Positions 18,057-27,960 of a stretch of 31,960 bases of DNA are shown here, piece by piece. The stretch is from contig JBAXKK010000022.1 of NCBI GenBank assembly GCA_037137395.1, positions 1-31,960 of the forward strand. Reading direction: 5' to 3'. The first letter of the stretch is position 1. Each line of letters begins with the position of its first letter. The notes beneath the pieces were generated by a model. The model searched no databases. It was not told the origin of the DNA and saw nothing but the letters and a program-made list of their open reading frames with translations. A program made the position numbers and the translations under genes. Source of the DNA: Elusimicrobiota bacterium (GTDB taxonomy: Bacteria > Elusimicrobiota > Elusimicrobia > Elusimicrobiales > UBA9959).

Positions 18057-19739
18057 ATGACGTTAAACTATATTATGGTTAAAGGCGCAAACCCTAAATT
18101 CATGCTTTTTCTGATGATTTTTTCGCAGCAGCTGGCGCAGGCCCAGGGCGTATACAACGCCGCCGCGGATGAAGCCAAATTAAAAGATTACCAGGGCAGG
18201 ATAATCAGGACCGCGGAAGCTTTGGGCGTCCGGCTTTCCGAGGATCTTCCGGTTTATGCCGGGCCAGGCGCACAGGATCGTCCGGCTCCGGCTTTTGCTG
18301 TGTCCCAAAGCGGCTTCCGGGCGGTCCTGCCTATGCCCGCGCTGTCCGGCTCATCCTCCCTGGTCCCGTCCGACATGCCTCTCCCCGAGCCAATTTCTAA
18401 TTCCGGCAACGCTGTTGTCATCTGGCACGCCATACTCGCGCAGCTCGGCGACCTCGGTCTTCCTTTGACCGGTGCCGCCCCGTCTTTTGATGAAATCTCA
18501 AAACGGGTCAGCGCTATAGTGAAAAAAACCTCTTTTAAGGCCAGAAATCAGGGCCAGCCTTCCCTTTTCACGGAGCCCGGCTTTGTAAAGGAATTTGAAG
18601 AGGCAACCGGGGCCTTGTTCATGGATGGTAACTCGACCAGACTGCTTATAGACGGGGAAGAAGCCTTTGAGGTTAAGGACAGCCTGATAAAGAACGCCAG
18701 AAAGAGTCTGCTCATTTCCACCTGGGCTTTTTATGACGATATCACCGGGTATCAGACCGCCCAAATGCTAATTGAAAAGAAGAAGCAGGGGGTTGAGATT
18801 AAGATCATTCTGGACAATAAAATCGTCTACTCCCACGGTCGCAGAGTTGTAAAGATGATGAAGGACGCCGGCATTGAAATCATCCGGTATGAGGACTCTG
18901 AAAGGGGAGGGGACTATTGGCACGTTAAGATGATGATAGCTGACGATAAATACGCGATTGTCGGCGGCATGAATTTTGGCGACCCCTATTCGCACAGAGA
19001 CCCCAACTTCTTCAAATGGCGTGACACTGACATTATATACTCCGGCCCCGCCGCGCTCCAGTCGCGCAGGATTTTCGCCCGGATATGGAACGCCAAGGTA
19101 AAGGAGATGAATCTTCCGTTCCGGACCCTGGACCCCGGCTCTGATAACGGTGATTTTGAGGCTGGTTCGGCCAGAATCTCGATAATGTTGCAGGACCCGC
19201 CCAAAACTTCGCCTATACTCGTGAGCATAATAAAAGCAATGTACGGCGCCAGCAATGTTATCAACATCGAGAACGCTTATATGGTGGCGATTCCGGTGGT
19301 AACCCAGGCCGTACTGGACGCCCGGGCCCGCGGCGTGGAAGTGAACATCCTGACCAATTCCAAAGAGAGCATAGACGCCGAGGGCAGACCCATAATCGAC
19401 GCCATGGCAAAATGCCTGATTCCGTTCGTACAGGCGGGCGCCAATGTGTATTTAAAGCAGGGTAAAGGCGATACGCTTCATTCTAAGTTTATGACAGTGG
19501 ACGGGTTGTATACCAGCATCGGGTCCTATAATATCCATCCACGCGGCGAGCGGTCCGATACCGAACTTAACCTCAATATTCTGGATAAGAGCGCGACCGA
19601 ACAGCTTGACGCAGTTTTCATGCGGGATATCTCAAGTGCCCGCAAAATAAATTCGGTGGAGGAACTTAAGGAAAACCCCGGTCTGGTCTCGCAGATAATG
19701 TCCCAGTTTTTTTACTCCCAACTTTCCCCCGGTAAATAA
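18057..19739 (+). CDS. Phospholipase D / cardiolipin-synthase-like protein, probably exported
   Basis: Two HKD motifs (HVKMMIADD..GGMN and HSKFMTVD..GSYN) plus WRDTD; signal-like N-terminus. True start may be a later Met. Confidence 0.9.
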   Translation: MTLNYIMVKGANPKFMLFLMIFSQQLAQAQGVYNAAADEAKLKDYQGRIIRTAEALGVRLSEDLPVYAGPGAQDRPAPAFAVSQSGFRAVLPMPALSGSSSLVPSDMPLPEPISNSGNAVVIWHAILAQLGDLGLPLTGAAPSFDEISKRVSAIVKKTSFKARNQGQPSLFTEPGFVKEFEEATGALFMDGNSTRLLIDGEEAFEVKDSLIKNARKSLLISTWAFYDDITGYQTAQMLIEKKKQGVEIKIILDNKIVYSHGRRVVKMMKDAGIEIIRYEDSERGGDYWHVKMMIADDKYAIVGGMNFGDPYSHRDPNFFKWRDTDIIYSGPAALQSRRIFARIWNAKVKEMNLPFRTLDPGSDNGDFEAGSARISIMLQDPPKTSPILVSIIKAMYGASNVINIENAYMVAIPVVTQAVLDARARGVEVNILTNSKESIDAEGRPIIDAMAKCLIPFVQAGANVYLKQGKGDTLHSKFMTVDGLYTSIGSYNIHPRGERSDTELNLNILDKSATEQLDAVFMRDISSARKINSVEELKENPGLVSQIMSQFFYSQLSPGK

Positions 19740-19868
19740 TCATCAGCGGATAGTGATAGCAATAATCGACTAGTAAGTAATGACTTGCCGCTGCCTTACC
19801 CGCCGCGTTTTTCCCGTCCGCAAGTTTCCAATGGAAAATTTACTCTAAAAAACCTAAAATATAGGCCT

Positions 19869-20411
19869 ATGCATAAGGATTTAGAGGAGATACTTGTAAC
19901 CGATATTGCGTTGCAGACGCGTATTGCCCAACTCTCCGCCCGGATCTCGAAGGACTATAAAGGCCGCTGCGTCACGCTGGTGGGGGTTTTGAAGGGCTGC
20001 GTGCCTTTTCTTTCAGACCTGATTAAGCGCGTAAATATAGACACCAATGTGGATTTTATGATGGTCACGTCCTATTCCGGCGCCCAGTCCACCGGAGTGG
20101 TCCGCACAATTCTAGATCTCAAGCAGAATATTGAGGGCCGGGATGTTATTATCGTAGAGGATATTGTGGACTCGGGGCTTACCATGAAGTATCTTCTGAA
20201 AAATTTAAGCACAAGGCAACCCCGTTCTCTGGAGATTTGCACGCTGTTGGACAAGCCCAGCTGCCGCAAAACAAAAATTCCGATAAAATACTCCGGCTTT
20301 GTAATCCCCAATAAATTTGTGGTGGGGTACGGCCTGGACTATAACGAGCTTTACAGAAATCTGCCATATATTGGCGTGCTTAAAAAAACGGTTATTGAAG
20401 GAAAAAAATAA
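19869..20411 (+). CDS. hpt: Hypoxanthine phosphoribosyltransferase
   Basis: GVLKGC, IIVEDIVDSGLT PRPP-binding motif and FVVGYGLDY..YRNLPYI; hpt-ftsH synteny. Confidence 0.97.
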   Translation: MHKDLEEILVTDIALQTRIAQLSARISKDYKGRCVTLVGVLKGCVPFLSDLIKRVNIDTNVDFMMVTSYSGAQSTGVVRTILDLKQNIEGRDVIIVEDIVDSGLTMKYLLKNLSTRQPRSLEICTLLDKPSCRKTKIPIKYSGFVIPNKFVVGYGLDYNELYRNLPYIGVLKKTVIEGKK

Positions 20412-22237
20412 TGCCATTGAAAAAAAATCTGAAACAAATGCTCTTTTGGGTCCTGGCTTTCACGCTTTTTATAGCCGTCTATCAGAATGTGAAAACCATC
20501 GATAAGGAAAAGGCGATACCTTACTCGGAATTTAAGGCCAAGGTTAAGGCCGGAGAAGTGACGAAGGTTACCGTGCGCCCCGACCTGATAAAGGGCGAAT
20601 ACAAAGAGGGGGCAGGCACGGCTTCTTTTAGGACAATTCCGCTTGCCGACGCCAAACTGGTGGAGGATATGGAGGCCGGCGGTATAAAGAACTTTGCGGG
20701 TGAGGCCGATAAGAGCTGGATTACGAGCCTCATTTTAAACCTCGGCTGGATAGCGATATTCGTGTTTCTGTGGTGGTTCCTCTTCTTCCGTCAGGCGCAG
20801 ATGGGCGGCAAGCAGGCAATGTCTTTCGGCAAGTCGCGCGCCAAGCAGCAGGACCTGAAGAAACAGAAGGTGACTTTTAAAGATGTGGCCGGCTGTGATG
20901 AGACGAAGGAAGAGCTTAACGACATAGTTGATTATCTTAAAAATCCTAAAAAATACAAGCTTCTGGGCGGAGAATTGCCCAAAGGCGTGCTTTTGTACGG
21001 TCCTCCCGGCACCGGCAAGACCCTGCTGGCCCGCGCCATAGCGGGCGAAGCCAATGTTCCGTTCTTTACGTCTTCCGGCTCTGAGTTCGTGGAGATGTTC
21101 GTGGGCGTGGGCGCTTCGCGCGTGCGCGATCTTTTTGAGCGCGCCAAAAAGAGCGCTCCAGCCATCGTGTTTATCGACGAGCTTGACGCCGTCGCACGGG
21201 CCCGTTTCGCCGGCATAGGCGGGGGGCACGATGAGCGCGAACAGACACTTAATCAGATGCTGGTGGAGCTTGACGGCTTCGAATCTAACGATGGCATTAT
21301 CCTTATCGGCGCCACCAATCGTCCGGACGTTCTTGACCCCGCCCTTCTAAGGCCCGGCAGGTTTGACCGCCGCATTAATGTGCCCATTCCGGATATCAAA
21401 GGCCGCACCGAGGTGCTCCATGTTCACGCCCTCAAGGTTAAGATGGGTCCGGATACGGATTTAAACGTCATTGCCCGGCACACCCCCGGATTCGTAGGAG
21501 CGGACCTTGCCAATATCATTAACGAGGCCGCCATCATGGCCGCCAAGCACGACAGGAAATTCGTAGAACAGAAGGATATCGAGGAAGCCATCGAGAAAAT
21601 GATCGCCGGCCCTCAGCGAAAATCCCGTCTGATATCCGAAAACGAGAAGAAGATTGTTGCTTATCATGAGGCTGGCCACGCGCTGGTCGCCAGGATGCTT
21701 CCCGGTTCCGATCCGGTGCACCGGGTGTCTATCATCCCCCGGGGCCCGGCTCTGGGTTACACGCTTCAGCTGCCGATGGAGGATAAGTACCTGACCTCTA
21801 AGACGGAGATCCTTAACAAGCTTTCCATCCTGCTGGGCGGCCGGGCGGCGGAGGAACTGACTTTTAACGAAATCACCACCGGCGCGCACGACGACCTCTC
21901 CAAGGTCAGCAACTACGCTCAGAAGATGGTAATGGAGTTTGGAATGAGCGAGAAGATCGGGCCGCTTTCTCTCAGAAAAGACGAGTCCGAAGTGTTTCTC
22001 GGAAGGGACATAATGCGCCAGCCGGCTTATTCCAACGAGACCGCCAAAAATGTAGACGACGAGGTTAAGCGCATAGTGCAGGAATGCTTTGTGAAGACCA
22101 AAGGCATATTGACGGCCAATAAAAAATCGCTGGACGCCATCGCGGCGACTCTGATAGAGAAGGAAGTCATAGACGCAGCCGAGATGGATGTAATCATGAA
22201 GGGACAGGAGCCCGGAGAAGCGGTTGGTTCTCACTAG
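20411..22237 (+). CDS. ftsH: ATP-dependent zinc metalloprotease FtsH
   Basis: Two TMs, GPPGTGKT Walker A, FIDELD Walker [21 protein letters not shown] and HEAGH motifs. Confidence 0.98.
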   Translation: MPLKKNLKQMLFWVLAFTLFIAVYQNVKTIDKEKAIPYSEFKAKVKAGEVTKVTVRPDLIKGEYKEGAGTASFRTIPLADAKLVEDMEAGGIKNFAGEADKSWITSLILNLGWIAIFVFLWWFLFFRQAQMGGKQAMSFGKSRAKQQDLKKQKVTFKDVAGCDETKEELNDIVDYLKNPKKYKLLGGELPKGVLLYGPPGTGKTLLARAIAGEANVPFFTSSGSEFVEMFVGVGASRVRDLFERAKKSAPAIVFIDELDAVARARFAGIGGGHDEREQTLNQMLVELDGFESNDGIILIGATNRPDVLDPALLRPGRFDRRINVPIPDIKGRTEVLHVHALKVKMGPDTDLNVIARHTPGFVGADLANIINEAAIMAAKHDRKFVEQKDIEEAIEKMIAGPQRKSRLISENEKKIVAYHEAGHALVARMLPGSDPVHRVSIIPRGPALGYTLQLPMEDKYLTSKTEILNKLSILLGGRAAEELTFNEITTGAHDDLSKVSNYAQKMVMEFGMSEKIGPLSLRKDESEVFLGRDIMRQPAYSNETAKNVDDEVKRIVQECFVKTKGILTANKKSLDAIAATLIEKEVIDAAEMDVIMKGQEPGEAVGSH

Positions 22238-22251
22238 CCGGTACGAAAGAA

Positions 22252-22322
22252 AGTGATAAGTGGTCCAGTATGTCTCAAGGAAATATCCTTCACCAACCAC
22301 TAATCACTGTTCACTAACCACT
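22252..22322. repeat. Inverted 7-bp arrays (CACTnnn family) in the ftsH-cdaA gap
   Basis: Left AGTGATA-AGTGGTC-CAGT; right CACCAAC-CACTAAT-CACTGTT-CACTAAC-CACT (22291-22322). Confidence 0.75.
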
Positions 22323-22330
22323 GGAGTTTT

Positions 22331-23143
22331 ATGTATCTGGACTATTTAAAAAACATCTTCGACATTTTTGTCGTCTATTACATCGTTTACCGGCTTATTC
22401 TGCTCATTAAGGGCACCAGGGCCATGAACGTCGTATGGGGAGTGTTTATATTGGCCATCATCACCTCACTGGCCAAATTTTTTAAAATGGGAGCGACCGC
22501 GTGGCTGCTGCAGAATTTCTGGCTGGCCGGCATCTTCCTGCTGATAGTGGTTTTTCAGCCTGAGATACGCGTGGCACTGGCGAATATTGGTTCCAACCCC
22601 CTGGGACGCATCCTTATCTCGCAGGAGTACCGCTTTATCGCCGAGCTGATGGAGTCTATCAGGTTCGCCGCAGAAAAGAAAATCGGCATGCTGGTGGTTC
22701 TTGAACAGGACATGGGGCTACGCGATATTGTGGAGACCGGGGTACGCGTGAATGGCGAGGTTTCAAAGGAGTTGTTGCTCACTATCTTCCACCCTAATAC
22801 CCATCTGCACGACGGAGCCGTGATTATATCCAATAACCGCTTAGTGGCCGCCGGATGTATTCTGCCGCTCACGGAGCAGCAGGAACTTTCCAAGATACTC
22901 GGCATGCGCCACCGCGCAGCGCTGGGCTTAAGCGAGATAGCTGATGCCATAATTGTGACCGTGTCTGAAGAGACCGGGCTTATCTCCGTTTCCAGAAACG
23001 GTAAGCTGCAGCAGGCCGTGGATCCGAAAGATCTTGAAACCATGCTCTATCAGCTTTACCGCTCCAAAACCGAGAAGACGCTTTTGAGGAAAAGCCCCCG
23101 GCCTTCATCCCCGGCCCAGCCGCAGCCTCCGCAACCCTTATGA
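22331..23143 (+). CDS. cdaA: Diadenylate cyclase CdaA/DacA
   Basis: Three N-terminal TMs, GTRA, VVFQPEIR, and the catalytic LHDGA and GMRHRAA motifs. Confidence 0.96.
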   Translation: MYLDYLKNIFDIFVVYYIVYRLILLIKGTRAMNVVWGVFILAIITSLAKFFKMGATAWLLQNFWLAGIFLLIVVFQPEIRVALANIGSNPLGRILISQEYRFIAELMESIRFAAEKKIGMLVVLEQDMGLRDIVETGVRVNGEVSKELLLTIFHPNTHLHDGAVIISNNRLVAAGCILPLTEQQELSKILGMRHRAALGLSEIADAIIVTVSEETGLISVSRNGKLQQAVDPKDLETMLYQLYRSKTEKTLLRKSPRPSSPAQPQPPQPL

Positions 23144-23238
23144 ATATTCCCGAAATGATAACCAGGAACTGGAGCATAAAGCTCATCGCTTTGGTGATCG
23201 CGCTCTTTATCTGGTATTTTATAGTCGGGGCCGGTTGA
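23140..23238 (+). CDS. 32-aa single-TM peptide resembling the CdaR (YbbR) N-terminal anchor
   Basis: Absent from the ORF track. ATGA overlap with the cdaA stop; MNIPEMITRNWSIKLIALVIALFIWYFIVGAG* carries the N-W-x-x-K-hydrophobic-A-x3-W-x-x-V pattern of CdaR N-termini. Confidence 0.75.
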   Translation: MNIPEMITRNWSIKLIALVIALFIWYFIVGAG

Positions 23239-23342
23239 TTTAAAATCCGGTCAGAAGTGGTTTTGGGGCTCTTGGACTCGTGACATTTGAAATATTTTAA
23301 GTAAAAAATACAGCTGCAATTTTCAGGGTTAGGGGAGGTTTT

Positions 23343-24044
23343 ATGACCAAGGGAAGATTTTTCTTTTTTTGCGTGCTGCTGGCGGCGGCGGCTTATTGCG
23401 GCCTGACGCTCTACCCGGCTCTTCTTTTTAGCTCTAATTATGGCTATAAGAACCTTACCCTTTATACCCACGATCCGCTTCCCAAATCTCCGGACAGACT
23501 GCTGTCGGAAGTATATACAAAAATCTCTGCCGACGATTTCTATGACCCCGATCAGAACTTTGAAGTTTATCTGACGGCGGGTTACGGGGAGTATACCTTT
23601 CTGGCGCCTTTCTGTAGGAAAGAATTCGCCTGCGCGCACCCGGCAAGCGGTAAAGTGTTTGTCGCTTCAGCCGATATTGATAAAAATATGGCTTACGGTC
23701 CCACTGTTGGCGGACTGGGGCGGGTGCTTGAGAGCGTCATTATTCATGAGCTTGTGAAGCTTCAGATTAAAAATACGGTGGGCGTGCTGAGTTATTTTGG
23801 CATGGCTGATTGGCGGAAGGAAGGTTACGCGGAGCATGTCGCCATGGAGACCAAAGACATGAGCCCCTCGGCTTTCTGCGCGCGGATCCCGGGTACGGAC
23901 CCGGCCCTGGCTTATCTGGAAAGCAGATTGATTGTTGAGATGGTGAAGAACGAAGACGAGATCAGTTATCCGCTGGTGATGAAGGCGAGCTATAGTTATG
24001 AAACCGTGCGAAACCGCGTGGAAAGTAAGTATTGCGGAAAATAA
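23343..24044 (+). CDS. Membrane-anchored/exported zincin-like protein with degenerate HExxH (HELVK)
   Basis: GGAGG RBS, hydrophobic N-terminus, and IIHELVK followed by W..EGYAEHVA. Confidence 0.7.
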   Translation: MTKGRFFFFCVLLAAAAYCGLTLYPALLFSSNYGYKNLTLYTHDPLPKSPDRLLSEVYTKISADDFYDPDQNFEVYLTAGYGEYTFLAPFCRKEFACAHPASGKVFVASADIDKNMAYGPTVGGLGRVLESVIIHELVKLQIKNTVGVLSYFGMADWRKEGYAEHVAMETKDMSPSAFCARIPGTDPALAYLESRLIVEMVKNEDEISYPLVMKASYSYETVRNRVESKYCGK

Positions 24045-24111
24045 GCGATGAAGTCTAGGCTGGTAAAGAAAAATTTATTTTAACATTTGCAACCACTCGC
24101 CACTGATGTTA

Positions 24112-24453
24112 TCAGCCAAGCCGTTTCACTTTGTAGCCCAGGTTTTTGAGTTCTGTTTCCACCGCGTCTCTGTGGTCTCCCTGGAGTTCCAGCGCCCCCA
24201 GTTTCACCGCGCCGCCCACCCCCAGCCTTTTTTTAAACTTTTTCAGAAGCTCTTCTTTCCCGGCCGGATGCATTTGTATCCTTTCGATGACGGTCAGTCC
24301 GCTGCCTTTGTGTCCCCGGCGGAACGAGATCCGCGCCGGCTCAGTCTGTTTCGGTTTGCCTGATAATGAAACGCAGCCGCACGGGCTTTTACCGCAGGCC
24401 GGGCACGGCGGCTTCCAATCCGGATCGGTAGAATAGACTATATTGTCGGGCAT
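24112..24453 (-). CDS. yciH: SUI1/eIF1-family translation factor (YciH)
   Basis: IVYSTD, CPACGKSPCGC, RRGHKGSGLTVI and KKRLGVGGAVK..LELQGDHR..LGYKVKRLG motifs; AGGA RBS on the - strand. Confidence 0.93.
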   Translation of the reverse strand: MPDNIVYSTDPDWKPPCPACGKSPCGCVSLSGKPKQTEPARISFRRGHKGSGLTVIERIQMHPAGKEELLKKFKKRLGVGGAVKLGALELQGDHRDAVETELKNLGYKVKRLG

Positions 24454-24627
24454 GGCGATTCCTATGAACTGTCAGGCTTATTATATATTATCCGGGACGG
24501 AAACGCGTTCGCTTTTAGCGCGGAATTAGAGCCCTGGCCGGTCGGTCGTATGTTTTGCTTTTCCCGTCGCCCTTTTGTAAACTTTAGTTCCAGGTTGATA
24601 TGACCGCGTGTAAAGGAAATAAAAACT

Positions 24628-27132
24628 ATGATCAAATATAAATGGTTCCAATTTTTTGCCCCCTTGCTGCTTTTGACGGCGCCTTTGTCAGCGGTTGAGC
24701 CGCCGGCCGTGTATAAAGACGCCAAGGCGCCTGTCGAGGCGCGCGTGTCCGATCTGCTAGGCCGCATGACCCTTGCCCAGAAGATAGCGATAGCCGGCGG
24801 CTGGGAGATGGAGACCTACTCCTTTCCGGAACTTGGCGTCCCGCCCATCAGAATGACCGATGGTCCGCTGGGAGTTTCGCGCTGGGATATCACGGCGACA
24901 GCGTTCCCGTCCGGCGTTTCTATGGGCGCAGCCTTCGACCCCGCGCTTATTAACGAGGCCGCGGCCGCCATGGGCCTTGAAGCTCTGGCTATGGGCAAAG
25001 ATATGTTGCTGGGGCCCTGCGTCAATATAGCCCGCAATCCCTACAGCGGCCGGAATTTCGAGAGTTACGGCGAGGACCCCTATCTCAACGCCCGTCTCGC
25101 CTCCGCTTTTGTTTCGGGGCTGCAGGGGCAGGGAGTTATCGGCAGCGTAAAGCATTACGCGCTCAATAACCAGGAGACGGGCCGGATGGCGGTTGACGTC
25201 AGGGCGGACCGCCGCGCCATGCGCGAAATTTTTTTCCCTGCCTTCGAGGCCGCGGTGCGTGCCGGCGTGTGGACGGTTATGGCCGCGTATAACCGCGTAG
25301 ACGGCCTCTTCGCCGGGGAAAATCCGTTCCTACTCGACCAGGTCCTTAAGAAAGAATGGGGTTTTCCAGGATTTGTTGTTTCCGATTGGGGGGCCACCCA
25401 TAGCACAGAAGGCTCGGCCAACGCCGGGCTGGATCTGGAAATGCCCTGGGGCTATTATTTTACTGCGCCGCTGGAAAAAGCGGTGAAGGAAGGCCGGGTT
25501 TCCGTGACGACGATAGAGGATAAGGCCCGGCGCATTCTGCGTGTACTGTTCACTGCCGGAGTTTTTGAGCGAAAAGACGCTGACCGTCCGCCTAAATCCA
25601 TAGTGGCCGGTCCCGAGCATCTGGAGCTGGCGCGCCGCATGGCTCGAGAGGGCATGGTGCTGCTTAAAAATAAAGGCGGGCTGCTGCCGCTGACTCCGGA
25701 GCGGTCCAAAAAGCTGGCGGTTATCGGCCCCAATGCCGCCGTGCTGCGCGCGGCGGGCGGGGGAAGCTCCAAGGTTTACCATGCGCCATCCGCCAGCCCG
25801 CTGGACGTTTTGCGCAAGTCCTGGCCCGGCGACCGGATAGTATACGCTGAAGGTGTGGGCCTTCCCGAACGGGACGCGGCCATACCTGAAGATATGTTGG
25901 CGCCGTCCTCAGGCACGGGGCACGGACTGCTGGGCGAATATTTCGCCAACCAGAAGCTGGAAGGCGCGCCGGCTCTCAGCCGCGTGGACCCCAAAGTGGA
26001 TTTTGACTTGAAGAAAGCCCCTATCCCCGGCAAGCCCGAGGACGGGTTCTCCGCGCGCTGGACGGGCAAGTTCATAGTGCCGCGCACCGGGCGTTATGAA
26101 TTTGTAGTTCAGTCTGGCGGCTCGCGGCTGTTTATAGACGGCGTCCAGGTTTTAAGCGACTGGTCTAACCCCCTTTGGGAGTGCCTGGCCTGGGCCGCGG
26201 ACCTTCAGGCCGGAAGCGAGCATAACATACGGTTTGAAACTTTCAGCGACAAGGGCAAAGTTAAGATCCGTCTGCGCGCGGCCATTCCGCCCGAGGATCA
26301 TATCGCCGAGGCGGTCAAGGCTGCAACCGGCGCGGACGCGGCCGTTATATTTGCCGGACTCTCCGATCAGTATGAGTCGGAGGGCGGAGACCGGATGACG
26401 TTGGCCCTGCCTCCGGGGCAGGACGCATTAATTGAGGCCGTTGCCAAAGCCAACCCCAATACCGTGGTGGTTTTATTTACCGGGACTCCCGTGCTGATGC
26501 CGTGGGCGGATAAGGTCGGCGCTATTCTGCTGCCCTGGTATCCGGGACAGGAGGGCGGACAGGCGGTGGCTGAGGTTCTTCTTGGCGCGGAGCCCGGCGG
26601 GCGTTTGCCGGTCACCTTCCCGGTTCGCGAGCAGGACGCCTCGTCCTTCGGGGCTTACCCGGGAGAAAACGGGATGGTCCGTTACACCGAGGGGATATTC
26701 GTCGGCTATCGTCACGCTGACGCGAAGGATATAGCCCCGCTATTCCCCTTCGGCTATGGCTTATCCTACGCGAGTTTCGCTTACGAAAACATGGAACTGG
26801 AAATATCAAGCGACAGCGCTCAGGCTCCATTAATGAGCGTTGCTGTCACGGTACGGAACACGAGCGCGCGGGCCGGGGAAGAAACAGTGCAGATCTATGT
26901 AGGCGAGGTTTCGCCCGCCCTGCCAAGGCCCCTGCGCGAGCTCAAGGGCTTCTCAAAGATGCGGCTGGCCGCGGGTGAAACGCGGACCGTGCGCGTGCCG
27001 CTGGATCGTTCCGCTTTTGCTTATTATAACGACTCAGGCAAAGGCTGGATGGTGGATCCGGGACGCTTCACGATCTGGGCCGGCAGTTCCTCCCGCGACC
27101 TGAAATTGTCGCGGGATCTCTTGTTAAAATAA
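24628..27132 (+). CDS. GH3 beta-glucosidase with PA14 insertion and C-terminal Fn3-like domain, exported
   Basis: Signal peptide, TDGPLG, GRNFESYGEDP, KHY, VVSDW (nucleophile), VLLKN, FSARWTG (PA14), ESEGGDR and FPFGYGLSY motifs. Confidence 0.95.
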   Translation: MIKYKWFQFFAPLLLLTAPLSAVEPPAVYKDAKAPVEARVSDLLGRMTLAQKIAIAGGWEMETYSFPELGVPPIRMTDGPLGVSRWDITATAFPSGVSMGAAFDPALINEAAAAMGLEALAMGKDMLLGPCVNIARNPYSGRNFESYGEDPYLNARLASAFVSGLQGQGVIGSVKHYALNNQETGRMAVDVRADRRAMREIFFPAFEAAVRAGVWTVMAAYNRVDGLFAGENPFLLDQVLKKEWGFPGFVVSDWGATHSTEGSANAGLDLEMPWGYYFTAPLEKAVKEGRVSVTTIEDKARRILRVLFTAGVFERKDADRPPKSIVAGPEHLELARRMAREGMVLLKNKGGLLPLTPERSKKLAVIGPNAAVLRAAGGGSSKVYHAPSASPLDVLRKSWPGDRIVYAEGVGLPERDAAIPEDMLAPSSGTGHGLLGEYFANQKLEGAPALSRVDPKVDFDLKKAPIPGKPEDGFSARWTGKFIVPRTGRYEFVVQSGGSRLFIDGVQVLSDWSNPLWECLAWAADLQAGSEHNIRFETFSDKGKVKIRLRAAIPPEDHIAEAVKAATGADAAVIFAGLSDQYESEGGDRMTLALPPGQDALIEAVAKANPNTVVVLFTGTPVLMPWADKVGAILLPWYPGQEGGQAVAEVLLGAEPGGRLPVTFPVREQDASSFGAYPGENGMVRYTEGIFVGYRHADAKDIAPLFPFGYGLSYASFAYENMELEISSDSAQAPLMSVAVTVRNTSARAGEETVQIYVGEVSPALPRPLRELKGFSKMRLAAGETRTVRVPLDRSAFAYYNDSGKGWMVDPGRFTIWAGSSSRDLKLSRDLLLK

Positions 27133-27255
27133 GTTCCAGTCCCAGGCAGCCGTATTTATGCGCCCGGTCGGAGTAAAGCGCCGGACAGGTGCGCCGGGAA
27201 AGTCGATAAAATACGATAAGCGGTATCCTGTGTGGCGGCCTTTAAAGGTGAACGT

Positions 27256-27936
27256 GTGAAGAATATATATCTTTTGCTGGCGGTTTCTTTTTTTGGTCCT
27301 TATCCCTGTTTTGCCGGCGGTCAGTACGAACTGGGTTTTATAGCTGGTGAGCCGACAGGTATAAGCGCTAAGCGGGACCTTGGCGGCGATAAAGCGGTAG
27401 ACGCCGCTGCCGCCTGGTCCTTTTTGGGTGAAAAGAGCCTGAACCTGCATGCCGATTATCTCTGGTTCAGGAACGACGCCTTTAAGACCGCTGGAGGCAA
27501 ACTTCCGCTTTATTACGGCCTCGGGGGCAGGATCAAACTGGCGGATAAGTCGCTGGTCGGGGCCAGGCTTCCGGTGGGGCTGCAATATTTTTTCAATGAC
27601 GGGCGCTTTACCATTTTTGCCGAAATAGCCCCGGTCTTGGACCTTTTTCCGGACACAGGGTTGAGCCTGAGCGCCGCCCTGGGGTTCAGGGTGCTGCTGG
27701 GCCGGAAAATCCAGCCGTTAGCAGTGGTGCCGTCCACAAAAGAGACTCCGGTGAATCTTTCTCCGTCGGACACTAAAAAAGTGGAAAGCCTGTATTACAA
27801 AGCGGTGGGCGCTTACAGTAATAACGATATGGCCGCGGCGTTGGAGTCGCTCAATGAACTCTCTTCCATATATCCCTCCTATCAGCCTGCCGCGGAACTG
27901 CGGGACAAGATAAGGAGCGTTTCCGGAAGCAAATAA
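27256..27936 (+). CDS. Small outer-membrane beta-barrel-like protein fused to a C-terminal TPR-like helical pair
   Basis: GTG start after AAAGGTG; signal peptide; GFIAGEPTGISAK / LHADYLW / YYGLGGR / GARLPVGLQY / IFAEIAP amphipathic strands; then LYYKAVGAYSNND..A..PSYQPA. Confidence 0.7.
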   Translation: MKNIYLLLAVSFFGPYPCFAGGQYELGFIAGEPTGISAKRDLGGDKAVDAAAAWSFLGEKSLNLHADYLWFRNDAFKTAGGKLPLYYGLGGRIKLADKSLVGARLPVGLQYFFNDGRFTIFAEIAPVLDLFPDTGLSLSAALGFRVLLGRKIQPLAVVPSTKETPVNLSPSDTKKVESLYYKAVGAYSNNDMAAALESLNELSSIYPSYQPAAELRDKIRSVSGSK

Positions 27937-27960
27937 ACTTCGGTCGCTGTCCTAAAGATC

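Noticed and set aside
9215..19868. Extended N-termini given by the ORF track (9215, 13320, 14917, 15985, 16776, 17596, 19785)
   Set aside because: The extensions run through repeat elements, upstream genes or intergenic DNA. Downstream ATGs fit family N-termini and/or RBS better.
23236..23342. Stop readthrough or frameshift restoring a full-length cdaR
   Set aside because: Readthrough gives only FKIRSEVVLGLLDS before another TGA. The next gene has its own RBS and hydrophobic N-terminus and is not YbbR-like.
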